A program made the position numbers and the translations under genes. A stretch of 64,000 nucleotides of DNA. It comes from Octopus bimaculoides. Lineage: Eukaryota. The DNA lies in assembly GCF_001194135.2 (NCBI RefSeq), contig NC_068989.1, positions 19,713,670-19,777,669 on the forward strand, in the 5' to 3' direction. The notes below the pieces were generated by a model. It was given only the letters and a program-made list of their open reading frames with translations, ran no database searches and was not told the DNA's origin. Below, in pieces: positions 38,608-51,327 of the stretch (the stretch's first letter is position 1; the number at the start of each line of letters is the position of its first letter).

Positions 38608-38930
38608 ATGTGGTATAGTGGTTAGGGTGTTGCGACTCGTGATTGCTAGATCATGGGTTCAATTTCTGGACTGGGAAGCCTGTTGTGTTCTTGAGCAAAA
38701 CACTTCCTTTCATGTTGCTCTAGCGCTGTGTGGGGACCAGCACGCCAAAGAATAGACCCGTTTTCTCTGTGTGCTGCAAAGGGTGACCAAAAGAGGTTGG
38801 TGTGGGCTTTGCACTCTGACTTTGTAAAACCCTCAGCAGCGATGACTACCCAAAACAGACCCATGGGTTAAAGGGCTGTTGTCTGAATGGTGCAGAGACA
38901 TCGTATGCCAAGAGTAGTAGGGAATCACCA
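38608..38930 (+). mobile_element. tRNA-headed SINE of another family
   Basis: GTGGTATAGTGGTTAGGGTGTTGCG...GGGTTCAATTTCTGG followed by GTTCTTGAGCAAAACACTT. Confidence 0.6.
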
Positions 38931-38971
38931 ACAAATGGTGCATGCTTCAACACACTTACAGTGCATGCCCC

Positions 38972-39011
38972 CATACTACTACTGCTACTACTGCTGCTGC
39001 TGCTGCTACTG

Positions 39012-39061
<50 letters not shown>

Positions 39062-39062
39062 G
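38972..39062. repeat. (CTG)n(CTA)n triplet microsatellite; a similar tract lies at 39530-39604
   Basis: Direct reading. Confidence 0.9.
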
Positions 39063-39561
39063 AAAACAATGTTCTACTCATATTCTAATTCTAATAAAAA
39101 ATTTTTTTTTGAAATTGTATTTCAAATATGAATATTTTACTTGATTTAAATATGCTATTTCTTACAAAAATCATGAATCCTCTAAACACCCAATGTCCCC
39201 TGTAGTGCCTCTGATATTTGCTGCCCCTTATGAGCTTACGACACTCTTCAAGAGGGTGCTACCACCCAGGTTAAGAACCACTGATGTAAAGTAAGGAAAT
39301 AGAGGAAGAGCCCTTGTTCATGTTGAGCATGCCCATATATTCTTTTATTCCTGTGGCCATGCCGAAACTTTGTGTTCAAGAGTATTGTCAGTTACTTCAC
39401 TCCCCTCTCAGTACTTATTTTTGCCAGCCTTGGAAGGATGAAAGGCAAAAAAGGACCCAGATGAGATTTGATGTCAGAACATAAAATAGCATAACCATAT
39501 ACCACAAAGTATTTTGTCAAATGTCACACTGCTGCTGCTGCTACTGCTGCTGCTGCTGCTG

Positions 39562-39605
<44 letters not shown>

Positions 39606-39606
<1 letters not shown>

Positions 39607-39915
39607 TCTTCGTCGCCCTTTCAAAGCCTAGCCAGGCTCATGGGCCCAGTTTCCCAGTTTCTATGGCGTATGTGTTCCTCCCAGCCAGACGGGACGCCAG
39701 TCCATCGCAGTGTTATTCAAGAAACAGGAAGGAAGGGTGAGAGAAAATTGGGGCGAAAGAGTACAACAGGGGTCGCCACCACCCCTGCCGGAGCCTCGTG
39801 GAGCTTTTAGGTGTTTTCACTCAATAAACACTCACAACGTCCAGTCTGAGAATCGAAGCCGCAATCCTCCGACCGCAAGTCCGCTGCCCTAACCACTGGG
39901 CCATTGCGCCTCCAC
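39606..39915 (-). mobile_element. tRNA-derived SINE (head shared with the 61602 copy) inserted in a (CTA)n tract
   Basis: Head nearly identical to the 61602 copy; body contains TGCGATGGACTGGCGTCCCGTC. Confidence 0.88.
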
Positions 39916-39988
39916 ACTATTACTACTACTACTAATACAAATTTGCACTATTGTTATTTAGCTTACCTTCTTATTGTTCTCTCTGCAG

Positions 39989-40087
39989 AATGGTGAAACT
40001 GTCCTCCATGCTGCTGCTTTATTTGGTCACCTGAAGGTTGTGAAACGGCTTGTTGAACATGGCGTAGATATAACTATAAGGAATAAG
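39989..40087 (+). CDS. ANKRD29: ANKRD29-like exon: NGETVLHAAALFGHLKVVKRLVEHGVDITIRNK
   Basis: CTCTGCAG acceptor, 99 bp, GTAAGT donor; matches recalled NGTSALHAAVLSG...LRNK. Confidence 0.95.
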
Positions 40088-40576
40088 GTAAGTTCTTTTG
40101 ACGACTTATATATTCAGTTCTGTAGTTAGGTAAGTAAATAGGTAGGTAAATAGGTCAATAGATGGATGGATATTCATTTATCTATTTAATTCCTTGAGTG
40201 ACTACCTAGGAAGATGATAAAATAAGCAAATCAAAACTAGCTAAAACTGTGCACTGTAAGCTTAGTATCAAATGTAAAATGAGCTCCATTGTAATAAAGA
40301 TTCATTGAGATTCATTGGTGTGTGTGTGTTTGTATGATTATCATCATCATCATCATTGTCGTTGTCTTTGTTTTAATGTCCACTTTTCCATGCCTGCATG
40401 AGTCAAATGGAATTTATTGAAGTAAATTTTATTTGGCTGGATGCCTTTCCTGTTGCCAACCCTTACCTGTTTCCAAGCAAGGTAATATCTCCCCTTGACA
40501 AGATTTGTTTTTCACAGAAGACTGGAAATGTAAACATTGTTTGCAACCCATGTCAAGACAAGGATACACACATACA

Positions 40577-40652
<76 letters not shown>

Positions 40653-41934
40653 GTATGTATGTATGTATGTATGTATGTATGTATGTATGTATGTATAGAT
40701 AGATAGATACAGCTTTGGTTTGCTCAATGCTATACCAGACACTTGCCCAAGGTGCCAGTCAGTGAGATTGAACTTGCAACCTGTAGCTGGGAAGCAAGCT
40801 TTGTAACTACATAGCTACATGACCATGCCTGTGTATATTAGTTACACCTGTGCCTATAGCTACACCTGAATCCATCACACACACACATATCCCCCCCCAC
40901 CACCACATCACACACACAGCTTTTTTTTTATCTGCATAAGGGAAATAACTCAGTTGGACAGAAATCTTTTCTGTTTCCCGAAAGAACTAAAGAACATGGT
41001 ATAAAGTAACGCGTGCGTATTCTTTAAACTATATATATAAAAAAAGATTCCTTGCTATCAAGTGTCAGGGTTCTGTTGATGTCATTATTTTTGTTTTAAC
41101 GTCCACTTCTCTGTGCTTGCATGGGTTAGATGAAACTTGTTGAGACAGGTTTTCTATGGCCAGAGTCTCTGCTTATTGCCAATCTGCCACTCCTGATCTG
41201 TTTTCATGCAAAACAGTATTTCCTGTTGTCCTCCAAACAACATACAACTCAATGGTAAGACATATTTCCACAATAGATTTCAAACAAATGACTGCGTTTA
41301 CAATCAGTATGCAACTGTCAAGACACAGGGAAGACCCAAGCTCACACACGCATACTCATTTACAAGTGTTTTCTGTCTATCGAAAATGCCCAAGGTGCTG
41401 CACAGTGAGACTGAACCCAAAACCATGTTATTGTTAAGCAGATTTCTTAACATGCAGCCATGCCTGTGCCTATTTATTTTAATTTTTGAATATGTCACTG
41501 ACTTGTTTGACCACTGCCTTATGAAGGTAACTCACCTCAAGAAGGAAATAACAGAGGATTGTGACAGAGGAAGCATGAAGGTGTAAGCATGAGAATTGTG
41601 GCAGTGACGATGGTGATGATATAAAGAGGGAAGATCTGAATACTAATACATACACATGTACGTACACATAGGCACTCAGAGAACTATATAGTCATGAAAC
41701 AGAGGTGTACACAGAACCTTTTTTATATATACATTATGCGCACACATGCACATGTATTACACACACACACACACACACACACATGAGTTCTGATCCAGAC
41801 CATGACTACTTATCCAACACATGCCAGCATGGAAAAGCAGACTTTAAAATGATGGTAAATAAACAAATATAATGAAGAGGTCTGCATACTCCTTCACAAG
41901 GGGACACCAGTGTTTCCCTTTAATATGTTTTGGG

Positions 41935-42625
41935 AAAACTCCAAACATGTTGTTACTCTGAGTGAGTGTGAGGTCGAGGTTTTGGAACATTCAAACACCC
42001 TCATGAACATCATCTGATTCTTGAGAGAAACAGGACACTAACAAAATCAAAAACTTCTTTGTCAGTATTTCAGTTCCCCAAAATGTCTCAAATGTAACGG
42101 ATTGCAAAATGTAATTTACCAATAAACTATGGTATTTCAGTGTCATATTCCATTCAGCTATAAATACAGGAAACCCCTGCCTCTGTCACAACATTAAGGA
42201 TTTGTAATGGAGTGAAAGAGTTACTAACAATGGCATTTCATATGAGGCATCTGTCTCTAGCCCAAGGGAAAAGATTGAGTCCCTCCAGTCTCTTCCCATT
42301 GTCCCTGGAAATCCCACTGGCTCCAGAGTTGAGATATTTTCTTGAAAGAGCTAGGGTTTTAAGTTTATTTCATTGTGGTGACCAAAACAACTTGACATTC
42401 AGTTGACATGACAATCCATGGAGACCTCCAAAATCAAAGGATTTGTCATACTGATATCCACACCCTTCAACATATATTGCCTCTGACTTTGAGAGTGATG
42501 GAGGTGCAGAGCTCATCTTGGCTAAGTAAAACACCAGTGTTAGCCATAGGCAAAACATCAACTCAGTCTCCCAAAATTTTGTCACTCACACAAAATAAGC
42601 CTTGAATATTGGTCAATTTGATGAA
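41935..42625 (-). mobile_element. Decayed CRE-like non-LTR retrotransposon C-terminus (zinc knuckle + restriction-like endonuclease)
   Basis: Minus-strand translation with frameshifts: GD*VDVLPMANTGVLLSQDEL, GLHGLSC, LEPVG/ISRDNGKRLEGLNLFPWARDRCLI*NA, KYHSLLVNYILQSVTFETFWG, EGV*MFQNLDLTLTQSN. These are collinear with the CRE-clade motifs WL.ALP, GLHGLSC, EP.G..R.DGKRPDG, WDAT, KY..L...FET.G and FQR. Confidence 0.78.
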
Positions 42626-44302
42626 AAAGAATGTTGAAAATGTATGTATTTTGACTCTAAATTGTCCCATTTCTCTGAGTCAATTTACCCTACTCTCAAA
42701 CTAAGTATGTAAACTCTTTTTTCAGCTGTAGAGCTTCATCTGTTATTTTTTTAATAAATGAAAATATTACTTAATGTTAGTCGTGATATTGTTGAAAATT
42801 GATGGAATGGAAAAGGCATTTTTTTATCCTTTGTAGGTGTACATTTCTGCATGTGTGTGCATATGTGTGCATGCACACACGTGCGCCTGTGTGTGTGTGT
42901 GGTTGCTTCTAGTGCCAAAAATGTACCGTCTCTAAAACAGGCTGAATGTCCAGTCAGATTTGCCAAATCATCAGCATTGAAACAACTATGCCAAATTGTT
43001 TCATTCCTGTGTGTGACAAGATGGTGTACAGCTATTAACCATACATACATAGTCAAATTTCTGTGTTAAGTACTCTATGTAACCTTTTTCATTTGCATAT
43101 GCACTTGCTTTTATGCTGTAATTAGGACACACAAATAAACATATACTTAAATAAGCACATATATAAACAAGCACCCACATAGTGACAGCACAAGGGACGT
43201 GGGACATATATATTTAACTCTATTATAATGCTGAATACAAAATGCACTGAGAAACACAAATACCATTTAGAAAACATCATGGTTAATTCTCTCTAGAGTT
43301 ATGTGTTCAAAACTTGCTGTAGCCAGTACTGTGTTATGTAACTTTGCTTTGTAGACAAGTTTTCTGGTTAGTTAAGAATTGTTAATGACTTTGAAAAATA
43401 AATGAAGATGATTATAACCAGGCCTATTGCTGGAGCCACATAAAAAGCATTTGGAAGGGCATCCAGCTGTAAAAACCATGCCAAAACTGACCTCGTCTGA
43501 TGCCATCTATTTGGTCTCACAGATTCAATGTTGATGTATTTGATATCAAATATTTTCATATTTCTCTTGTTCTCTCCCCCCCTCTCTGTGAGTATATTTC
43601 TCTTTATGCAAATGAGGGGAGGGAAAGTGTTTCTGTTATTTGGGTTCAATGAATAAATTACAATCCCTCTTTCTCTTCCCCCCTCCCCCTCCCTCTGGTT
43701 ATAAATGGTATTTGTGTTTCTCAGTGCATTTTGTATTCAGCATTATAATAGAGTTAAATATATATGTCTCACATCCCTTGTGCTGTCACTATGTGGGTGC
43801 TTGTTTATATATGTGCTGGTGCCACATAAAAAGCATCCAGTCCACACTGTAAAGTGGCTGGCATTTGGAAGGGCATCCAGCCATAAAAACCATGCCAAAA
43901 CTGACCTCATTTGTGCTTATGCCATGTAAAAAGCACTCGGTTCACTCTGCTGGGTGGTTGGTGTTAGGAAGGGCATCTAGCTGTAAAAACCTTGCCAAAA
44001 CAGACACAGAAGTCTGGTGCAGTCTTCTGCCAGGTCAGCTCTTGTCAGATCGTCCAATCTATGCCAGCTTGGAAGGCGGACATTAAACGATGATGATGAT
44101 GATGATGACAACGCTGACTATCATATTATGGAGAGAAGATGTGTGGCTAAGTGGTTAGGGTATTTGGCTCACGATTGTAAGGTTGTGAGTTCAGTACATA
44201 GCAGTACATTGTGCCCTTGAGCAAGACTTTGAATGACGACGACGATGATGATTGCTTTTTATGGAAATGAAATTAACTTCTTATTTTCTCCTCTCATTAC
44301 AG

Positions 44303-44512
44303 GAAGATCAGACAGCTGCCGAGTTGTCCTCAGAAGCTGGTTATGATTTCATTGCGAAGTTTTTGGAAACGAAAGGGGAAAGTGCCAAAGTGGAATCAAA
44401 AAATGAGGCCAGTAATGTAGAGGTGGAGTCAAGTATCAAAACCCAACTAGACCAGTCCACAGAGAGCTGTACTCAGCTGCATGAACTGGAGAACAATGAA
44501 ACAAATGCTTAA
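44303..44512 (+). CDS. ANKRD29: ANKRD29-like terminal coding exon, 69 aa + TAA: EDQTAAELSSEAGYDFIAKFLETKGESAKVESKNEASNVEVESSIKTQLDQSTESCTQLHELENNETNA
   Basis: CATTACAG acceptor after pyrimidine tract; phase 0 continuation. The EDQTAAEL capping half-repeat corresponds to ANELPAEL; stop at 44510-44512. Confidence 0.88.
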   Translation, partial: EDQTAAELSSEAGYDFIAKFLETKGESAKVESKNEASNVEVESSIKTQLDQSTESCTQLHELENNETNA

Positions 44513-44728
44513 AGAGACTTTAAACAAGCTCCCCAAAAAATGGTAGAATATGAAGGTTAAGGAATTGAATATATGCTCAGCTCTTCAGAACACAACTTTT
44601 AAAATGCAACATATGTTTTTATTCTTTGATTCTCTCTCATTTCTTTCACTTTCTCTGTTTTATGTTTTTATTCAGATTATTTCTCTTTATTCTGTGGCTA
44701 AACACTTAAACTTTAAATAATAATAATA

Positions 44729-44764
<36 letters not shown>

Positions 44765-44773
44765 GTTATTATT

Positions 44774-44805
<32 letters not shown>

Positions 44806-44817
44806 CATTATTATTAC

Positions 44818-45033
44818 ATAAGGTGGCAAGGTGGCAGAATCGTTACCGTGCCAGACAAAATGCTTTGCAGCATTTTTTTCTGGCTTTATGTTCTTAGTTC
44901 AAATTTCACTGAAGCTAACTCTGCCTTCCATCCTTCCGGGGTTGATAAAATAAGTACCAGTTGAGTACTGGGGTCGATGTAATTGACTAGCCCCCACCTC
45001 AAGATTTCAGGTTTTGTGCCTATAGTAGAAAGG

Positions 45034-45084
<51 letters not shown>

Positions 45085-46139
45085 NNNNNNNNNNNNNNNN
45101 NNNNNNNNNNNNNNNNNNNNNNNNNNNNNNNNNNNNNNNNNNNNNNNNNNNNNNNNNNNNNNNNNNNNNNNNNNNNNNNNNNNNNNNNNNNNNNNNNNNN
45201 NNNNNNNNNNNNNNNNNNNNNNNNNNNNNNNNNNNNNNNNNNNNNNNNNNNNNNNNNNNNNNNNNNNNNNNNNNNNNNNNNNNNNNNNNNNNNNNNNNNN
45301 NNNNNNNNNNNNNNNNNNNNCCCCCCCCCCCCACGAAATTACTTATTACTCCTCCTGCTGCTACAGGATTGCAGAATTGGTAGAGTAGCAGGCAAATTTC
45401 TTTAAGGCTTATACTAATGTTGCTCTGCATTCTGAGTTCAAATCCTGGTGAGGTTAAATTTACATTTCATCTTTCTCGGGTGGGAGGTTCAGATTAATAA
45501 AAGAAAGAACTAGTCAAGTACTGTAGTTGATTTAATTGAGTCTTTTGCTTATCTTATAACACACTAATTAAGGGTGGATGTTTGGCAACATCATTAGAGC
45601 TTTGGGCAAATTGCCTTGTGATATTTGTTCCTGCTGTTTAGGCTCTTGGTTCGAACCCCTCCAGGGGTCGGTAAACTAGAGTATCAGTCAAGTACTGGAA
45701 TTAATGGTATCAACTAACCCTTTCCAGTAGAAACCATTATTGTTATTATCACCATCATCATCGTCATCATCATCTCTATTATCGTCGTCATGGTTATCCT
45801 CTTTAATGTTATTGTCATCATTAACATCATCATCATTATCATCAATGAAATTTTTAGCTAAATGATGATGTAAGTTTTTCACTGATATTTTGGGGGAGTT
45901 ATAGGTTCGTCCCTTTTGCAAAGGGTTAAAGACGTAACCTCGAAAAGAACCAATCATACCTTGGATAATCGTTCATGTGTACACTGGCTGATGATGATGA
46001 TGATAATGATGACGACAATAATAATAATGATAATAATAATAATAATAATAAATGTAATAATAATATTAATAACAACAACGACAACAACAGCTTATATGAG
46101 GAAGTGAAGAAGTAAAATAAAAATTTTGTCTGTGTGTGA

Positions 46140-46189
<50 letters not shown>

Positions 46190-46820
46190 GTACACACACA
46201 CAGAGTTGTAGTAAAATTTCTTTATATTTACTGTAATTATTATGAGTGGTGAATTGGCAGAATCATTATAGCACAGGATGAAATGTTTTGCGGTATTTCT
46301 TCTGGCTGTTCTGAGTTCACATCCTGCCATGGTCAAATTTGCATGTCAGCTGTCCAGGGCTAGATAAAATAAAATATTAGTCAAGTAGTGATGGGGTTGA
46401 TCCAAGTGATTAAATTCTGCCCCCAAATTCCAGGCCGTTGTACCTTTCTTAGAAACCATTAACATTAAAAAACGATGGTTTGAATCCCACCGAAGTCATC
46501 TTTGCCTTTCATATACCTAAGGTCAATAAGATAAGTATCTTGTAGGTCTTGTGCCTATGTCTGAAACAATTATTATTTTTATTATTATTATATTGATTCT
46601 GGCAAGCTGGTAGAATTATTAGCATGGTAGATATGCTGCTTAGTGGCATTTCTATTTATTCTGGTTTTACGTTCTGAGTTCAAATGCTGCCAAGGTAGAC
46701 TTTACCTTTCATCCTTTTAGGGTCAATAAAATAAGTACTAGTCAAGTATTGGGGTTGATGTGATTGACTTCCTCGCACCCTCAAAAGCTGCTGGCCCTGT
46801 GCCAAAATTTGAAACCATTA
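44818..46820 (+). mobile_element. Train of 5-6 sense-oriented SINE family B copies downstream of the stop codon
   Basis: Copies at about 44818-45036, 45365-45545, 45570-45740, 46243-46460, 46480-46575 and 46600-46820, each GGCAGAAT..TTAGC...GAGTTCAAAT...CTTTCATCC, with (ATT)n/(ATC)n between. Other family B copies at about 2555-2765, 4598-4750, 6395-6530, 21145-21340 and 58070-58295. Confidence 0.8.
45085..45320. other. Assembly gap (others at 4176-4185, 7284-7302, 17947-18294, 29767-30058, 52173-52374)
   Basis: N runs, nearly all next to microsatellites or young repeats. Confidence 0.95.
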
Positions 46821-49800
46821 TTATTATTTATTCTTGTTGTTGTTGTTGTTAGGGTTCTTTCATGGGAAAAAGAATGCGAAAAATATCTGAACTGTGTTCC
46901 TTGTGTTATGTAACTTTACTGGAGTAAAACATATTGGTGTTGCAATGTTTTGGTTGTGTCAGTACATTTTGTACACATACGAGGAGGTGTATTCTAATTC
47001 CTCTTGATATTAAGGGAATAAATATATGAAGAAAAATTAAAAAAAAATTTTTTTTACAAAAAATAAAACAGAAGTAAAGAAACGACAAACATTAATGAAT
47101 AAATCCTATCCCAGAAATAAGCTCTATACAATGATGATTGCTCTGTTCACTTCACAACAAACAATTAGGATTAATAAACTCCAGATCATCACCTCTGATC
47201 CACCTGCCCTCCCTTCCACCTTCAACAGTAAAAAGCAACAGATAGAAACAAAAATAAAATGTAAAGCAAACATATAAACAAAAGTAATTAAGCATGTATG
47301 TGCTAATCACATTTGATTGCATTCTTTTTATGTTTTTGCTTCATTGTTTATCTATGAAATGATGGAGGCAGAAGTGGGTGGTCAGTGGTTACATAGATGC
47401 AATATATTCTTCTATCCTTTCACCCTCACTTTCTCTCTTTCCATACCATTGAGCTATAAGACATTATCTGTGTATAAATACATATGACACTTCAGTACAC
47501 ACACAACACATCAACACACAAAACCGATGCATGCACAGGAAAGCAAACAGACAAAACAAACAAGCAAGAATTCACCAGTGCAATGCAGTGGTGAGTAGCT
47601 TAGGACATAGTACTGTTATTAATGTCTAATTCTGCAATATACTACACTTATCCATAATTGTATTTATATTAGTATCACTCTATCCATCTCTCCACCACCA
47701 TACTAGCATCACTGTTGCTACAATTATCTCCTCTGTTGGTCTCTTTTAATTAAGGATCTGATGTAAATTCTCTCCACTTCTTTCCTACTATACCAAATAT
47801 TTAATCAGTCTTAGAACAGTGACTACAACAACATCTGTTTCGTGACTTCACTCTCTATAGCAAGCTATTCTTCTCTCTCCTCATCTTCCTTACTTCTGTC
47901 TCTCTCTTCTCCATTTCTCTCTTTGTTTCTCTCTGTTGCTTGGTCTCAGGTTAGTCTTGATTGAACAGATCTCTGCTCAAAAGTATTCCAGCCTCGACCA
48001 TCCATACTCTGAACTCATAACCATATTGTCCAACTTCCCCTAAGACAGTACAGTGTGACTGGAGGAAGATTCAACTTCTATTTCTCACAGGTCAAGCAAC
48101 TGTATTAATTTATTGATGAATTAGACATTTGACTATTGAAGGCATGAGTTCTCATCTCATTGCAGTTGCTTACATCTTAATAGTTTTATGAACAAGATAC
48201 TTCCCTTACCCAGAGACTTTCTCCTTAAGATGCACAAATATTACTTAACCTTTATATTTATCATATTTACAATTTTTGTTTTTGTTGGTGTCATTTAACC
48301 CTAGGTTAGGCCAGATCACATGGAGCTATGATGTTCAAAAGTGTTCTACCTGTAATCATTCTGTCTTTTCTTTTTTATAAATACAGTGTATCTAGGACTA
48401 CATTATCCAATATTTCCTTCCCCTTTTTTAGGTATTAAAATGTGATATGAGGGGAATTTAGCTGCTATTTCTTGTAGTTTGAGTGGCCATATAGATACTT
48501 CCTCAATGTCTGCTATATTTCCAGCTCCTACATGTGAAACTCCATCGAAAATGTTGCTTTGGCCACTAATAATTATAAATCTGGTTGAGGTGTTTTCTTT
48601 CTGTGTAGTTGTTGCTAAACTATCAAAAATTCCTCAAAGAAGCGATTTACTGAGGCAAAATAGAAATATTGAAGAATTGTGTTCTTTCTTGTTCTTTCCT
48701 GTTTTGCAAACTACTTGGCAATCCCTCTAGTACTGGTGGCACAAAAATAAAAAATAAAAAAGCATCCAGCACACACTATAAAGTGGTTGGCATTAGGAAG
48801 GGCATCCAGTCATAAAAAACAGAGTAAAGCTGACATGGAGTATTTTCTTAGGAAGCTTTGGAGAGATGGTGATATTTGTAATAATAGCAATGTGAGTTCC
48901 AAGGAGTTAGATACCAAAAGGTTAGTTACCACAACGAATTCTACAAAAAAAGAAAGAGTTATCATGGTTCTAAAGTGTCACCATTGATAGTTTCAAAAAG
49001 TTACCATACTTATATTTATTTCCTTAGAATTATAAGATTTGTATAACATTATTATGGTGGTGGAGTGGCAGAGATGGTAAGAGTGTCTGACTAAATGTCT
49101 TATAGTATTCAGTTATGTCCCTTTATGTTCTGAGTTTCAGTACTGGTGGTGGTGGTGGTGATGGTAAGGGTAGATTTTGCCTGTCTTACTTTTAGGGTTC
49201 TTTGATATGGGGAGAGTGTAATATAAACCAACTTTGTGTCTCTCCTACATATATGTAAACTTGAGGTGGAGCTAGAAATTATTATTAATTACAGTAAGCT
49301 AACAAAAGGCTTGCAAAAACTCTGTAGTATACTACAAACACATACACACGGATATATATAAGTACAATATATGTACTGATTTGCATTTACTAGATACAAT
49401 TGATCAGAAGAACAATGAAAATGTGTAAAACATTTCAGGAATTCTCCATTTGAGGTTAGTGACCAGCTTCAACTCTGATAAGGTTAAAAACTTAATAAAT
49501 CCTCTCAAGAAAATATACATATAGTTCGTTAGAAAGTCCTCATACAATTTGAAATATTTATATATGACAGAATTAATGTGTAAAGAACATTTACAAACCT
49601 GACACATCTATTTTATTGTCATCAATCACAAATTTTACTATAATTGTTTGAACTTAAAAAAAAAACTATTAATTTATTTTATGAGGAATATGTAAAGACT
49701 AATATTTAGTGAATTAAACTTTGTACTATAAATGAATTTGCAGGGTAGGATAATTAATGTGTTATAAAATATAACTGAAAATCAGTGGGGACATGAAATT

Positions 49801-51182
49801 TTAGAATAGAATTAAATTATAGTTTATATATATATATATATAATGATGGTGGGCATGTTGAAAATTAAGTCACAAGAGTCTATTTAAAAGTCAAATAAAT
49901 TCTGCCTCTTATTCCTTTCATACATTTATTTTATTCTACATAGGACCAATGTTAAACAAACCGAGAATGATCCTATATAGAAAATGTGTGTGTGTGTGTG
50001 TGTTATATAGCAACAGCTGCATGTAGATTAGGTTTTACAAATGAAGGAGAGAAATATTCAAATACTGAAAGAGTACATTTACATTTTGGGTTTGAAAATT
50101 TAAATCATTATTACATGACAGTTTAAAATGTCCAATTTGAAGTGTGTGTGTATGTATCTCTCTCTCTCTCTCTCTCACACACTTTCTCTTCCTCCCCCCC
50201 TCTCTCTCCATCATCTCTATTTGCCATCCTTCTTTTCTCTAACCTTGACACTATCAGCACTGCTTCTCCAATCCCTGTCTCTTATTCACCCTTCTCCTGC
50301 CACCCTGCATTACTTTTAATATTTTCTTTTTACCTTCTATCCTCCTCTCCCTTACCAATTTGTTTCCCACACAATTCCTTTACAGCAACACTTTACAACT
50401 TTCCAGCCTTCCCGCTCTGCCAAAACCAATATATAGTGACCCAATTCTTAGTTTCTAAAACATACCTTCTTTGTTGATACTTCATGCATATATGCTTTGC
50501 TGAAACATTGGTTGTCATATTGTAACAATATAAATAAATCCATGTGTATACATGCATACATATGTATGTACACACACACACACGGATATATATTCATACA
50601 TAAACATATACTTATGCATATATACATGTACAAGAAAATTAGGTGGTGTAGATGAATGGCGTATGAGAGTGGTACTAACCATCTACAGAGATACAGCGAG
50701 CAAAATGAGAATTGTAGATGAGTTCAGTAATGATGATGATGATGATGAGGATGATGATGATGATATATATCATCATCATCACATTCATCATCAATTAATG
50801 TCTGTTTTCTATGCTGGCATGGATTGGATGGTTTGACAGGAACTAGCAAGCCAAAGTGACTGTGCCAAACTCTACTGTCAGCTGGATGCTCTTTACAGAG
50901 TGTGCTGGCTGCTTTTTATGTGGCACCAGCACTGGTAATGTCACCCTAGTAACTTGCAAGACAAAGACCCCTCAGTTGAGAGGAGAAGTATTGAAAGAGG
51001 TGGCTTTGTGTTAGTTGATGACTTGATAAAATATAATTGAGGGATAGAGATTGGTGTCATGCTGTAGAGGAGATACATGGCTACTTTGTATACACTCGCA
51101 CACACTATGTATGTATGTGTGTATGTATATATATATATATATGGTTTCGTGTTCGTATGTAAGTATATATATATATATATAT

Positions 51183-51280
51183 AATCAGATTGGAGCCTGG
51201 TGTAACCATCTGGTTTCACCAGTCCTCAGTCAAATCGTCCAACCCATGCTAGCATGGAAAGCGGACGTTAAACGACGACG

Positions 51281-51282
<2 letters not shown>
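51183..51282 (+). mobile_element. RTE 3'-end copy
   Basis: CAGTCCTCAGTCAAATCGTCCAACCCATGCTAGCATGGAAAGCGGACGTTAAACGACGACG. Confidence 0.8.

Positions 51283-51327
<45 letters not shown>

Noticed and set aside
44252-44302. ORF-track start MLFMEMKLTSYFLLSLQ (likewise 32194-32232)
   Set aside because: This is intronic polypyrimidine tract read in frame; the real exons begin after AG at 44303 and 32233.
47490-47596. Possible non-coding exon (TTCAG ... GTGAGT)
   Set aside because: The splice-like motifs alone are not significant in 64 kb, and there is no coding frame or other support.
48480-48625. Minus-strand stop-free stretch GIFDSLATTTQKENTSTRFIIISGQSNIFDGVSHVGAGNIADIEEVSIWP
   Set aside because: It looks protein-like but has no recognisable domain, no convincing splice pair and no partner exons, and it runs into a dispersed repeat.
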